A stretch of DNA of 64,000 nt from Eledone cirrhosa (lineage: Eukaryota): positions 142,414,001 to 142,478,000 of the forward strand of contig OZ024742.1 of NCBI GenBank assembly GCA_964016885.1. Direction: 5' to 3'. Within the stretch, counting starts at the first letter, position 1. The number at the start of each line of letters is the position of its first letter. This document shows, in pieces, positions 14,510 to 26,094 of this stretch. Made by a program: the position numbers and the translations under genes. The notes under the pieces were generated by a model. It was given only the letters and a program-made list of their open reading frames with translations. It did not search any database and was not told the origin of the DNA.

Positions 14510-14690
14510 TTTAATATAGAAATGGCTTCTACAGTACTAGAACTGTTTCATTCGAAGGAAATCATTTCCTGATGATTTCCTTCGAATGAAACACTTCTAG
14601 TCCTGTAGAAACCATTTCTATATTAAATATTTATACTCTGCTATGTATTGAGTACCTTACTTACTGTGGTTACTCCTGATTGAACCCGGG
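14507..14690 (+). repeat. About 124-bp foldback palindrome plus tail (related copies at about 7165-7265 and 57578-57705)
   Basis: atatttaatatagaaatggcttctacag...ctgtagaaaccatttctatattaaatat; next to (TA)n. Confidence 0.75.
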
Positions 14691-14774
14691 ATACACACAC
14701 ACATACATATATAGACCACTGATGATGGATAGTCCTGGCTTCTATTTCTAATTCTTCATTTTAATTTATATATA

Positions 14775-15112
14775 TCATCATCATTTCATTTTACGTCCGC
14801 TTTTTCCCTGCTTGCAAGGGTGGGACGGGAACTGATGCTGGCTTGATTTCTACAGCTGGATGCCCTTCCTAACACCAACCTCATTTACAGTGAGTGCTGG
14901 GTGCTTTTTTGCCGTGGCACCTCCACGACCACTTTGCAGTGGAATGGTATGGACCCCAGTCCCTATCATCTCATTTCTACAGCTGAGTAAACTGGAGCAA
15001 TGTGAAATAAAGTGTCTTGCTCAAGGAAACAACACATCACCCGGTCTGAGAATTGAACTCACAACCTTTCGATTGCAAGGCCAATGCTCTAACCACTAAG
15101 CCATGTGCCTCC
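14775..15112 (-). mobile_element. tRNA-derived SINE with RTE-like tail (near-identical to 23797-24186, one fewer repeat unit)
   Basis: Reverse complement matches the 23797 copy over head, body and tail. Confidence 0.85.
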
Positions 15113-16032
15113 GTATATATATATATATATATACACACACATATACACACACACACACAGTTGTTGTTATTGTTGCTGTTTAACCACAGGTAATATCTAA
15201 TCGAGCAGTGTCATTCCAGCAGTCAACTTTGCCATTTATCATTTAGGGTCAATAAATGAAAGTACCAGTCTATGGCAAGGGATTGGCAAAATAGTTAGAA
15301 TGACAGATGGGTTTCTTTGCAAAATTTGTTCAGGCTCTTTGTTTTCTGAGTTAAAATTCTGCTGTGAACTAACTGTATTTACACAAACATAGATAACCAT
15401 AGATAGCATTAGAGTGGTCTGGGATATTAAACCAACTGAAAGCAGGTGATACTTGATGATGATGATGAATCTATAATAGAGTTGATTTATTATGCTGTTC
15501 ATAGGCATCATGTAACACTGCTACAACAAGCACGTTAAGGTCATTTTTTTTAGCTGGAACAGGAGGTTAGCCTTGCAAGCCTCATGACAGGTCTTATTTT
15601 CATCAATGGAGTCCTTTTTAAGACAATGTTTTACAGCCAGATATACTTCTTGTTAGTAACCATTTTTGTCTCCTCTTACATGCAGTCATACCATGTACAT
15701 ATTTTAAACAGGACACAAACAGTATACATTATATTATACTATTAAAGGGCAGTGGATTGGCAGTATCAGTAGAGCATCAAACAACGTTTTGTGGCACATA
15801 GTTATGTCCCTTTACGTTCTGAGTTCAAATCCCACTGAGGTTAGCTTTGCATTTCACCTTTCGGGATCAACAAAAGTACTAGTAACGCACTAGGGTCGAT
15901 ATAATTGACTTTCCCCTCTCCTAAAATTGTTGGCCTTGATCCTAAATCAGAAACAATTATATTACACAATTATCAAGAATATAATAATTTCAAGCATAAA
16001 GAGGACAGTCAAGCCAATGACAACTTCTCTAG

Positions 16033-16179
16033 CAGTGACAGATTAAGGGAAGGGGTGTTGTAGCCAGGACCTTCGCAATATTTAAAGGACACTCAAATTT
16101 ATTTTTTGTTACAATAAATATGCAAGGGCCCTAATGAAATTTTCAGCCAGAGGGCCTATGCAAACTTAATCTACCCTTG
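16033..16179. mobile_element. hAT-type MITE with 8-bp TSD
   Basis: cagtgacagattaag...cttaatctacccttg TIRs; flanks ttctctag / ctctctag. Confidence 0.55.
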
Positions 16180-16731
16180 CTCTCTAGTGCTAGTGCCATG
16201 ATCAGTTTATTCTGTGAAGTGGTTGATGTTAGAACATCCAACCAAAGAAAGCATGCCTATATGGGCTGAGTGGACTCTTCAACCACATCAAGGGCATGGC
16301 AACATCTCTAGTGCTGGCACCACAATAAAATTTACCCGGAACACTCTATAAAGCAGTTGGCATTAGAAAGTGCATCCAGTCTTAAAAAGCATGCCAAAAC
16401 AGGGTTGGGAGGACTTTTCAGCTGTGTTAAGGACATGGCAACTTCCCTAGAGCTATTGCTGCAATAAAATGCACCCAATACACTCCATAAAGTGGTTTAT
16501 ATTAAGAAGGTCATTTAATTGTGGAAACGATGCCGAAATTGGATCATATGTAAGCAGATCATGGCCCCAGCCCAACTAAAACAATAGCTCTGATTAAGTA
16601 ATAACTTGGTCTGTAACAATCCATCCAACAAATGGAAAAGCAAACATAAAATTATGACTATGGTGTTGACAACTTTAAGCAGATGGTCCAAACAAGTTTC
16701 CTAATCAAACAGAACACATCTAAGGACTTAC

Positions 16732-16934
16732 TTGGTAGCATCTGTTCCTTTGAAAAAGGCATTTATATTTTCTGTAAAGGCCACTGCCATGGGAACAGTA
16801 TCTGCCATACCAAGTGTTAGAGGACTGGAACCACGCGATGATCCAAGAGAAGCTGTAGTCGTGAACAAGGAGCCTGTGCTATCAGGAGGTGAGATCAGAG
16901 TTGCGGGACTTGTCCGGCCCGGCCGTAAAGGAAT
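16732..16934 (-). CDS. FCHO2: FCHO-like exon, start of mu-homology domain ([36 protein letters not shown])
   Basis: tgtcag|ATT...ACC AA|gtaagt; 203 nt; similar to FCHO/SGIP1 SRGPSPL...DTLPVAVAFTE-VNAYFKG. Confidence 0.95.
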
Positions 16935-18126
16935 CTGACAGAAAAAATATATATATAAAGCATATCAAAAATCAAAATTTTAAGGGACAAAATAAACTTC
17001 AAAAATCCCTTCAGAGTATCCAACTTCAAATTTTAATACCAAACCTCATAAAACTACCCTGGTTCTATGATATGAAATAGTTTGTTTTAAAAAAATTCCT
17101 TTCATAAATTTATGTAAAAGATTTTATAAAGTTATGTTCTACACACCAGCTTAAAAGTTATTTTACAAACTTGTTTCAAATTCTTGATTATTTTAAGAAT
17201 TGCTTGAAATTCATAGACAGTGCATTCCATTAGAAATACAATGTTTATATGGTTAACAAAATGACTGAAACATTCAAATATCTGTATAATTAGCTTTTAA
17301 ATATTATTAATGATAAAGTATGGATGATGACAAATGAAGAAATGCTAAGTCATCCATGAAGAAGGTAGATGTGGAAAAGGAAGACCAAGAAGATATGGGG
17401 AGAAGTGGTGAAAGCTGATCTCAGGATGACTGAACTTTATAAAGGAGAGCACAAAGGAACACAACAAGTGGTGAGATGTTGTGTTAGAGAGGACACAACT
17501 GGCCCATGAAAGTATGGCAGAGCAGGCATAAACATAAAGGTGATAATGATGATTGAGGTGTTGATGATGATAAACAATGACATCATATAGTTCCTGTTAG
17601 GAACTATCATTAGAAAGAATAAGAAAATTACTGATAAGAAAAATAGATAAACTTGTAGGAATTATGTTTTATAGCCCCTTTAATAGCCATAGCAGACTGA
17701 CCAAATCTGAATAGACTGAGGCACTATTAGTACACTTGCCTACTTTCCCCTCTTACCACCACCACAGAAGCTCCCACTCCTCTATCTTTAGCTGAAAAAA
17801 ATGGTAGCATGATGTAGCATATACCTGGTGTGACCTGACTGAACAATATCACTTCAACAGCAGGCATATCAAAAACAAAAACATTGTTTACATTTTCAGC
17901 CTCTGTTTGATGACAATGCATTAGATAACTACTACATACAGACATTTTAATGCCTTTGAAATGTATATAATGGGTGTGATGAAGACAATAAACTGAAGCG
18001 GAATATTTAAAACCACCCCTCTTCTTATTTAATATTGATACCATATACATAATACCTTATGGATAACCATGAATGGAGTGCTTATGCTTGATTACACCAC
18101 TTGATAAACCAGCACCGCTTACTGAA

Positions 18127-18261
<135 letters not shown>

Positions 18262-19302
18262 AAAAAGTTGAAAATGCAATTGGAGTCTTTAAAAAAGTAT
18301 ATTTACAATAACTGATAACTTTACTGGTTTCACAAGTTTTATGATTATATATATATATATATATATATATATCACACTGTAAAATGGTAATGTAGGTATC
18401 ACAACAAAAAACATTCAACCCACACTGTAAAGTGGTCGTGTAGATGTCACGACTAAAAGTACTCAGCCAATACTGTAAAGTGGTCTTGTAAGAGACACAA
18501 CAAAAAGTACCCAGCAACACTGTAAATGTGGTTGGCATTAAGAAGGGCATCCAGCCTTAGAAATCTACCCAGAAACAGTCCTATATGAGCAAGACACAGT
18601 CACCTGACCCAACTTGCCTCTAATAGAACAAACTCATCTAACCCATGCTAGTGTGGAAAATAGACATTAAATGATGATGATATAGATTAAGAAGTTTACT
18701 TCACAACCCTATTATTTTAGGTGTGATCCCACTGAGTGGTACCTTAGGCAGCTATCTTCTACTATAGTATCATGCTAACTAATGTTTTGTGAGTGAACTT
18801 TGATAGACAGAAACATACAAATGTGATATGGACCTTCGACCTCTCTATAAGGGCAGCAACTCCAAATAAGAACCGATTCAGACCATATAGACTCACCCAA
18901 CATATGCCAGCATGGATGCAGATATATGATGGTGGTGGTGGTAATGATGATGATGGTGGTGATATATGAAATAGATTTTTTTAAATAATGAAGCATTGTG
19001 CACGTTAGCCATGGTGTCTATGGTATGACAATGATATACACCTGTTAATGGCTTACCTGGTTAAAAGCATACCAGCTCGGAGAAGAAGGTACAGACTGAG
19101 GTCGGTAGCTGTGAGATATAGGACTATCAGTAAAACTGGTTGTGGGAGTATCGAAACAATCATAATTGATAATCTGAGGCAGAGAACCTCGACTGCGGTT
19201 GTGTTTTGGAAGAGAAGGCGGAGGCTGAATGGGGCAATCGAAGAAGCTAAGAGGAGAGTTAATCAAGCAGGGGGTGGAACTGAAATAACTGGAGCTACTC
19301 AC

Positions 19303-19496
19303 CTGTGGTAAAGGAGTTTTAGTGCGTGATGGTGGCCTAGGAGGATGAGGAAAGGTAGTGTGTAGGGCAGCAGTAGTCCCCAGACTAACTGGAGATGTGG
19401 TTTGACTAGAAGTGCCAGCTACTTTGGTATTAGTGGGTAAGGATAATGCACATAAATCTTGATTAGGTTGGCTAGTAATGGCTGCATCACTGGCAT
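19303..19496 (-). CDS. FCHO2: FCHO-like Pro-rich linker exon (...HPPRPPSRTKTPLPQ); may extend to 19057 via alternative donor
   Basis: tttcag|AT...CCA CAG|gtgagt; 194 nt, phase 1-0; PPRPPSR resembles the FCHO2 PPRPASR segment. Confidence 0.82.
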
Positions 19497-20183
19497 CTGA
19501 AAATAGAATAACAGAAAAACAAAACATTTAAGTTTCAAAGCAACAAAACAAGAGTGCTTCAAAGAGTTAGAGTTATTGTTTTATGACCATTTTTCCATAC
19601 TTGCACAGGATGGATGAAGCCCAGACTGATTCCTTTCATCTTTTAGCAATGTATTAATCATTTAAAAGCCATTTTTAATGAAAAGATGGGTTAAGTTGAT
19701 TATATCAACCCCAGTACTTAAACAATACTATCATTTTAATGACCTTGGAAGAACGAAAGGCAAAGTTGACTATGGTGGGATTTAAACTCAAAACATAGAA
19801 ATTCCTAACTAAATGCTGCAAAGCATTTTGTCCAACATTCTATCGATACTGCCAATCCACCACCCATAGCAAACTAATAATAACAACAATTAATCTAATG
19901 TAGATATAACTAAAATTTTTGAATTAGAAGTTTCATTGTGAAAAGAAGGAAGTAAACATATTTTGTACCATTCCCTCTGTACAGAGCAAAACATAAGAGA
20001 TTATTTTTACCCGTTTCAAACATTATTGTCTCCTCATCAAAAGATAACTATTACTATACAGAAGGAACTTTATACACCCCTGTTTATGTCAAACAGGCTA
20101 TAGAACTTAACTGAAATGGCCACTTCAATTTGCATGACAGGCATTTGTTTAACAATGTAACAAAATTAAATAATAAATAACTA

Positions 20184-20384
20184 CCAAATATACTCAAATA
20201 TAAGCTGAAGAATATGTGACACCCCCCCCCCCCCAATCAATGTTAAAATGGAGGGTTGGCTTGTATTCAACATCTTAACATGATGTGTTGATTAGCTACC
20301 TCAGCTTATAAACAGGGTTTAGATTTTTGCCCACTTTTCAGACATAAATTGGGGGGGGTCCGGCTTATATTTGAGTACATACAG
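20184..20384. mobile_element. pogo/Tc2-type MITE
   Basis: ta|ccaaatatactcaaatataagctg ... cggcttatatttgagtacatacag|ta imperfect TIRs with TA flanks. Confidence 0.6.
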
Positions 20385-20733
20385 TACATTGAATTTATTT
20401 AAATCTAATATACACCATGTCCTTATAAACATTTATAACATAATTATGTTGTCAAACAAATGCATGTCATGCAAACTGATTGATCATTTCAGTTATGTTG
20501 ACATAAATAGTAATGCTATAAAAATATCCCTTTGTAGACAATCATTGGTGGTGTTGGTTGTTGTAATGATGGTAATAATAGTGGTAGTGATGGTTGTGGT
20601 AGGTTTGGTGGCAATGTTAATGTTGGTTGTTGCAATGATGGTAATAATAGTGGCGGTAGTGGTAGGTTTGGTGGCAATGTTAGTGTTGTTGGTGATGGTG
20701 GATTTGGTGATAATGGTGATGATATAAACTTAC

Positions 20734-20909
20734 TAGAACTTGAAAGAGTTGTTGTTGAACCACTGTCTGATGTTTGGAGTGTGACATCTGTCTGTGAAGA
20801 GGGGGCAAATGGTGACGGTAAATTGTAATTATTTCCACCAGTTGGCGTAGAAGCAGCACTTGTGTTAAATAGATCCAGTTTCAAAAGATCATGACTTGGT
20901 TTCCCAGGG
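20734..20909 (-). CDS. FCHO2: FCHO-like Ser/Pro-rich linker exon (PGKPSHDLLKLDLFNTSAASTPTGG...)
   Basis: ttctag|C CCT...TCT A|gtaagt; 176 nt, phase 2-1. Confidence 0.82.
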
Positions 20910-21294
20910 CTAGAAACAAAATTTATATTTATATTTCAATAAAATGAAAAACAAGTTTGCTTCATATTCTGCTAATCTACAAAACAACCCTTTTCTTACA
21001 ATATTTCTAATGAAAAGTTGTGCTTATGATTTTCAAATCATTTTGAAAATAATAAAAAAAGATTTAGTAATTTAAATAACTTTGTCATTATTCAGCCAGT
21101 GCATAACTTAAAGGTTCTTATATAAAATTTATAATTGAAGGGTTTTATATAAATGCAAAAAAATTTGAAACAAAACAGTTTCATATCATAGAACCACAAC
21201 CAGTGAAGAGCCAGACCAATGCATTTTGTCTGACACTTTCACAATTCTACCAATCCTCTGCCCTAGACCAGTACTTTATCAATCCTGAAATAAT

Positions 21295-21482
21295 TGTTTC
21301 TACTTTTAGCACAAGGCCAGCAATTATCCCAGTGCATTACTGGTACTTTATTTTATCGACCCCGTAAGGATGAAAGGCAAAGTTAACCTCGGCGAGATTT
21401 GAACTCAGAATGGCAAGGGCCGTAACTCTATGCGTCAAAACATGGCATCAGACCCTCTACCAATACTGCCAATCCACCACCC
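21295..21482 (-). mobile_element. SINE family B copy with 17-bp TSD, nested in an older SINE
   Basis: atcaatcctgaaataat at 21278-21294 and 21483-21499. Confidence 0.85.
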
Positions 21483-21897
21483 ATCAATCCTGAAATAATG
21501 AAAGACAAAGTTTGCGTTGAAGTGATTTGAAATCATAGTGCAGAGAACCAGAACAAACACTACAAGGTATCTAACCCTATCCTTTAATGACTCAAATCTG
21601 CCTGAAAATTTTTTTTTTACAATTTTAATATGTAATAAATTATATTAATTAATGCACTACACACTGCATGTATCCAGTTTAGAATATGTACATTGTATAT
21701 CTGCATATCACAAGAGATGAATAAACTGGTTGACACCAAGAAGAGCATTCTGATCATTAAATATAACCTCAAAAAGGACCCCATGATGGATAAGATTAAA
21801 TCTCGTTATGGGGTACACAAGGCTAACTCCTGCTTTAGCTGGGAAAATGGCCTTAAAATGCTTGTTGTGTTGTTGTAATTAATAAATATATACTCAC

Positions 21898-21965
21898 TCT
21901 AGTGTATCAGATTCAGACTGGGATCGTTTCATTTTCTTGTCCACTGGTGTTTGACAGCGACGTTT
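21898..21965 (-). CDS. FCHO2: FCHO-like linker exon (KRRCQTPVDKKMKRSQSESDTL)
   Basis: tttcag|AAA...CTA GA|gtgagt; 68 nt, phase 0-2. Confidence 0.8.
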
Positions 21966-23796
21966 CTGAAAAGTAAAAGAAACAAAATAACATTTTGAAA
22001 ATAACATGAAAATCAATTTTATGACAATATTTAAAAAAAATACAATATAAATACAAATATAGTGTGAGTAATGAGGTTGTATATCTATTACTTGGATGTT
22101 AGGCATTGTATATCTAGGACTACATAATCCAATATGCAATGGATGCAGGCATGGCTGAGGAGTTAAGAAGTTCGGGGAAGATCCCACTGATTAGCATCAT
22201 GGGTAAATGTCTTTAGCGTAGCGTCAGTTCAACACAAGCCTTATGGGTGAAATTTGGTAGAGAGAAACTGTATGGAAGCCTGTCAGATTGATTGTATTAA
22301 TCCTTCCAAGGGTCAGCCATGCTATATATTGTGTCATGTTGCTTCAGGATTCATGTGTCTATGGAATACTCAACCACTTATATGCTAATTCATGAGATAA
22401 ACTGTCAGCTGATCAAACACCTGAATGCTCACCACTGAAACTGACAAAGAATCCCACCATTTCCAAGACAGTAGGGTGTGGTCTGAAAGAGATTTGGCTG
22501 TTATTTTTAGCAGATCAGGCAACTACAATGGGGATCACTAGTTAATTTCTTGAGCAAAGCAAAAGGAACCATTATAGCAATGATAGAAGAGATAGTGAAA
22601 GAATATAACATGCCAGTGTTCAAGTTGTTGTGTGCATGCATGTGTACATGTGTTTTGTGATGGAGCAGTCTAACAAAAAACTTCAAAGGGAGTTCATAAG
22701 TTGGTCAAAATCTATTGGAAGTTTTGTATGTCACATATGGTTGAAGGCTCAATGGGGCCAGAAACATAATGCAAATTCTCTAGCACACTGGTGTGTAATG
22801 TATGAATGTAGCTCTCCATTAAATATGGCTATATTACAAAAATACACCGATGGCTACTATGGACAGAAAGAAACTCAAAATTATAATTGAGGTGGCTGTT
22901 TATGACTATCATCATACATGAAATGGTACACAATATAAAACATTTCCACATGTTTTCTGATTTATGATGCCACAATAAAATGCACCCAGTAAACTCTGCA
23001 AAATAGTTTGTGTTAAGAAGAACATGCCAAAAAAAAGATATAAAATATCCTTTAGTTAAGTCAAAGACATGACCTCTCTAGTGCTAGTGCCACAATAAAA
23101 TGTAGCCAATTTAATGTGTAAAGTGGCTGACATTAGGAAGAGCATCCAGCTGTAGAAAATATGCCAAAAAGACTGAATGTCAACCTCAATACAGCCCTCT
23201 CATGAGGCGCTACCCCCTCTCGGAGGGAGTGGGTGTCCCTGAATCAGCTACACACAGGTGTCGGCTGATTTAATACAGCTATGCACAACTGGGGGCTGAG
23301 GCCATCACCAACTTGCCATGTGGCTCACTAGAGCAGACTGCAGAATAGATACTGAGTGAGTGTCCAGAATTTTGCCCACCTGAGATTATGGACCTCACAC
23401 ACCCTAATCTTACTACCGTGAGCTGATTACAGCACCTGGGGATGTCACGTAATTGCTGTCTCATGCAAAAGAAGAAAGAAGTCACATCAAGGTCATGACA
23501 ACCTTTTTAGTGCTGGTGACATAATAAAATACAACCACTACACTCTGCAAAGTGGATGGCATTAGGAAGGACATCCAGCCATAGGAAGCCACTGAAATAT
23601 ATCTGAGTGAAACAAGGTTCCCTGATCCACCTAGGAGGGCATTAACTCCAATTAAGTACTGACTTGGTCTGTAACAACCTATCAAACCATTCCAGAAGGG
23701 AAAAACGAAAAAAAAATTATGATTTCTGTATTAACATGAAAATTCAAACATTTGTATTTATAAGCTGAATGTGTGAATATTAAATCATATAATATG

Positions 23797-24186
23797 GAGG
23801 CACATGTCTTAGTGGTTAGAGCATTGGCTTTGCAATTGAAAGGTTGTGAGTTCAATTCTCAGACTGGGTGATGTGTTGTTTCCTTGAGCAAGACACTTTA
23901 TTTCACATTGCTCCAGTTTACTCAGCTGTAGAAATGAGATTATAGGACTGGGGTCCCTATCATTCCACTGCAAAGTGGTCGTGGAGGTGCCACAGCAATA
24001 AAGCACCCAGCCCACACTGTAAAGTGGACGTGTAGGCATCACGGTAAAAAGCACCCAGCCCTCACTGTAAATGAGGTTGGTGTTAGGAAGGGCATCCAGC
24101 TGTAGAAATCAAGCCAGAATCAGTTCCTGTCCCACCCTTGCAAGCAGGGAAAAGCAGACGTATGATGATGACGATGATGATGATAA
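23797..24186 (+). mobile_element. tRNA-derived SINE with RTE-like 3' tail
   Basis: A-box-like tagtggttagagc, B-box-like gagttcaattc; 3' part nearly identical to RTE 3' UTR at about 12590-12750; (GAT)n tail. Confidence 0.85.
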
Positions 24187-24310
24187 TATCAAAGAACCAA
24201 TCAGAACAAAAGTAGGTGTATGCACATGATACTTAAACTGGATCAACATCTCCACAAACACAATGTGCATATGTACAGAGATTAATTTAATGATGAAGTT
24301 AGTGACTTAC

Positions 24311-24447
24311 ATGTGGCACTGTTGGTGACAGCCTCAATCCTTCAATGGAGGCACGAATGTCTTCTACTGTTCCAGTCGGCGTGGAACCATTTGGGCTGAG
24401 TGGGCGGATTTCAACTTTTATTTTTTTTTTAAGATCAGAGTCACCTT
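24311..24447 (-). CDS. FCHO2: FCHO-like exon, APA segment (GDSDLKKKIKVEIRPLSPNGSTPTGTVEDIRASIEGLRLSPTVPH)
   Basis: ttctag|AA...CAT|gtaagt; 137 nt, phase 1-0; similar to FCHO2 KYRIEIKP...DELKVSIGNITLSP. Confidence 0.9.
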
Positions 24448-24599
24448 CTAGAAAGAAATAATAGCAAACTATGAGAAAAGATCAATATCATCAATAACCT
24501 TACAGACACCCTTAATTTCATTAACGAGTTTTTCTACCTACTAATACTATTTCTTTGATGTACTTTGGAATTTCTACAATTACTGCTAGTTTAAATAAT

Positions 24600-24780
24600 T
24601 GTTTCTACTTTAGGCACAAGGCCAGCAATTACCCAGTGCATTACTGGTACTTTATTTTATCGACCCCGTAAGGATGAAAGGCAAAGTCAACCTCGGCGGG
24701 ATTTGAACTCAGATCGTAAAGGGATGTAACTATGCCGGAAAGCATGGCGTCCGACCCTCTACCGATACTGCCAATCCACC
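24600..24780 (-). mobile_element. SINE family B copy with TSD gctagtttaaata
   Basis: Near-identical to the 56935 copy; flanking direct repeat visible. Confidence 0.85.
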
Positions 24781-25643
24781 GCTAGTTTAAATACTGCCAA
24801 TCCACTGCTAGTTTAAATAATATAAGACATATTGACTAAAACTAATTCTAGCCCACCACACACTTCTAGTTAACATTAAGTGTTCCTTGTTAGTGCTAGC
24901 ATATCTAATACAGGGAACTGTAAATGTGTTAACCAGAAATAATTATTATAAACCTGCCATCATAATTTTATGTTATTGTTGTACTTTTGAATTTCTACAG
25001 ATACTGCTAGTTTAAATAATGTTATATTTAAATAAAATTAATTCTATCCCACCACATAATAATTATTTCTAGTTAACATATTTATGGCTCACTGTATTAT
25101 GCTAACACTAAATAGGGGCACTAAATATGTCTTTCAATGCTGGTATAGATTGGACAGGTCACAAAAGACCAAGTCAGTGCTTTATTAGAATAACTGTCCT
25201 CCTAAATGGGACAGGAGACCATGTCTCACTTTTTTTTTTTCTGTATGGCTTCTATGGCTCTTCTTAATGCCAATCACTTTACAAGGTAAAGTGCAGTGGG
25301 TACATTTCATCACCTTGCTTGTAGGTTCTATTTTTGGAATGGTGTCTACAGCTGCATGCCTTCCTAATGCCACCCACTTTACCAAGTGTATAGGGTGTGT
25401 TTTATAATATCACTAGCAATAGAGAGGTTGACATGTTTTTGACAAGATGTGACTTATGATATATGCTTCAGTGATTTAAATTCAATTTTAATAATTATAA
25501 ACTAAGTGATAGCACCAATATTATTCTCAAGTTCAGATTATACATACTACAGCGAATTAAATATTCATTTGACCATGAGATATTATTCTGATGGATAACT
25601 GAGGTTTGACTACATCACAAAATATTTTCTGTAGTTTAATGTA

Positions 25644-25848
25644 CGAGTGTCGACTGAAAAGTTCATAGGCTGACAATGAAGGAATTATGCTAGAGCTGTG
25701 AGATCTTGCATGCATTAATTTCAACTCCTCTTATTACTAACTACAATGTTTCTTTCCAGGGACTATGTTGAAAAATAAACCTCATTTGGTAATTTTATGC
25801 AGCCTCAATCCTTCAATTGATTAGCCTATGAACATTTCAGCCAAGCCT
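25644..25848. mobile_element. Tc1/mariner-type MITE
   Basis: ta|cgagtgtcgactgaaaagttcataggctga ... ttagcctatgaacatttcagccaagcc imperfect TIRs, TA at the left flank. Confidence 0.6.
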
Positions 25849-26052
25849 AACATGCAACAATAGTGAATCATGTACTGAAATTACATATAAAAAATCCAAT
25901 TATATTAAATAATATATGTTTATATATGTCACCATGAGTGGTTATATGGAATAAAGAAAGCTGAATCAATTGGAGAGAGAATTTGAATTAATGACAACTG
26001 GTCAAATGGATCAATTATTGGTTGCTATAACAATTACAATTGAAGACATTAC

Positions 26053-26094
26053 CTGAATCACTATCACTTTCAGTAGAGCACCAGCTTGTTTTGT
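26053..26094 (-). CDS. FCHO2: FCHO-like exon (KTSWCSTESDSDS); acceptor uncertain (26094, 26100 or 26103)
   Basis: Ends TCA G|gtaat; corresponds to FCHO2 FYSSSDSDSE; preceded by U12 branch site TCCTTAAC. Confidence 0.75.

Noticed and set aside
20516-20733. Pro-rich read-through of the 20734-20909 exon
   Set aside because: Strong gtaagt donor at 20733; the extension is a trinucleotide-derived tandem repeat ending in a stop
23797-23870. tRNA gene
   Set aside because: tRNA-like SINE head continuing into SINE body; no complete cloverleaf
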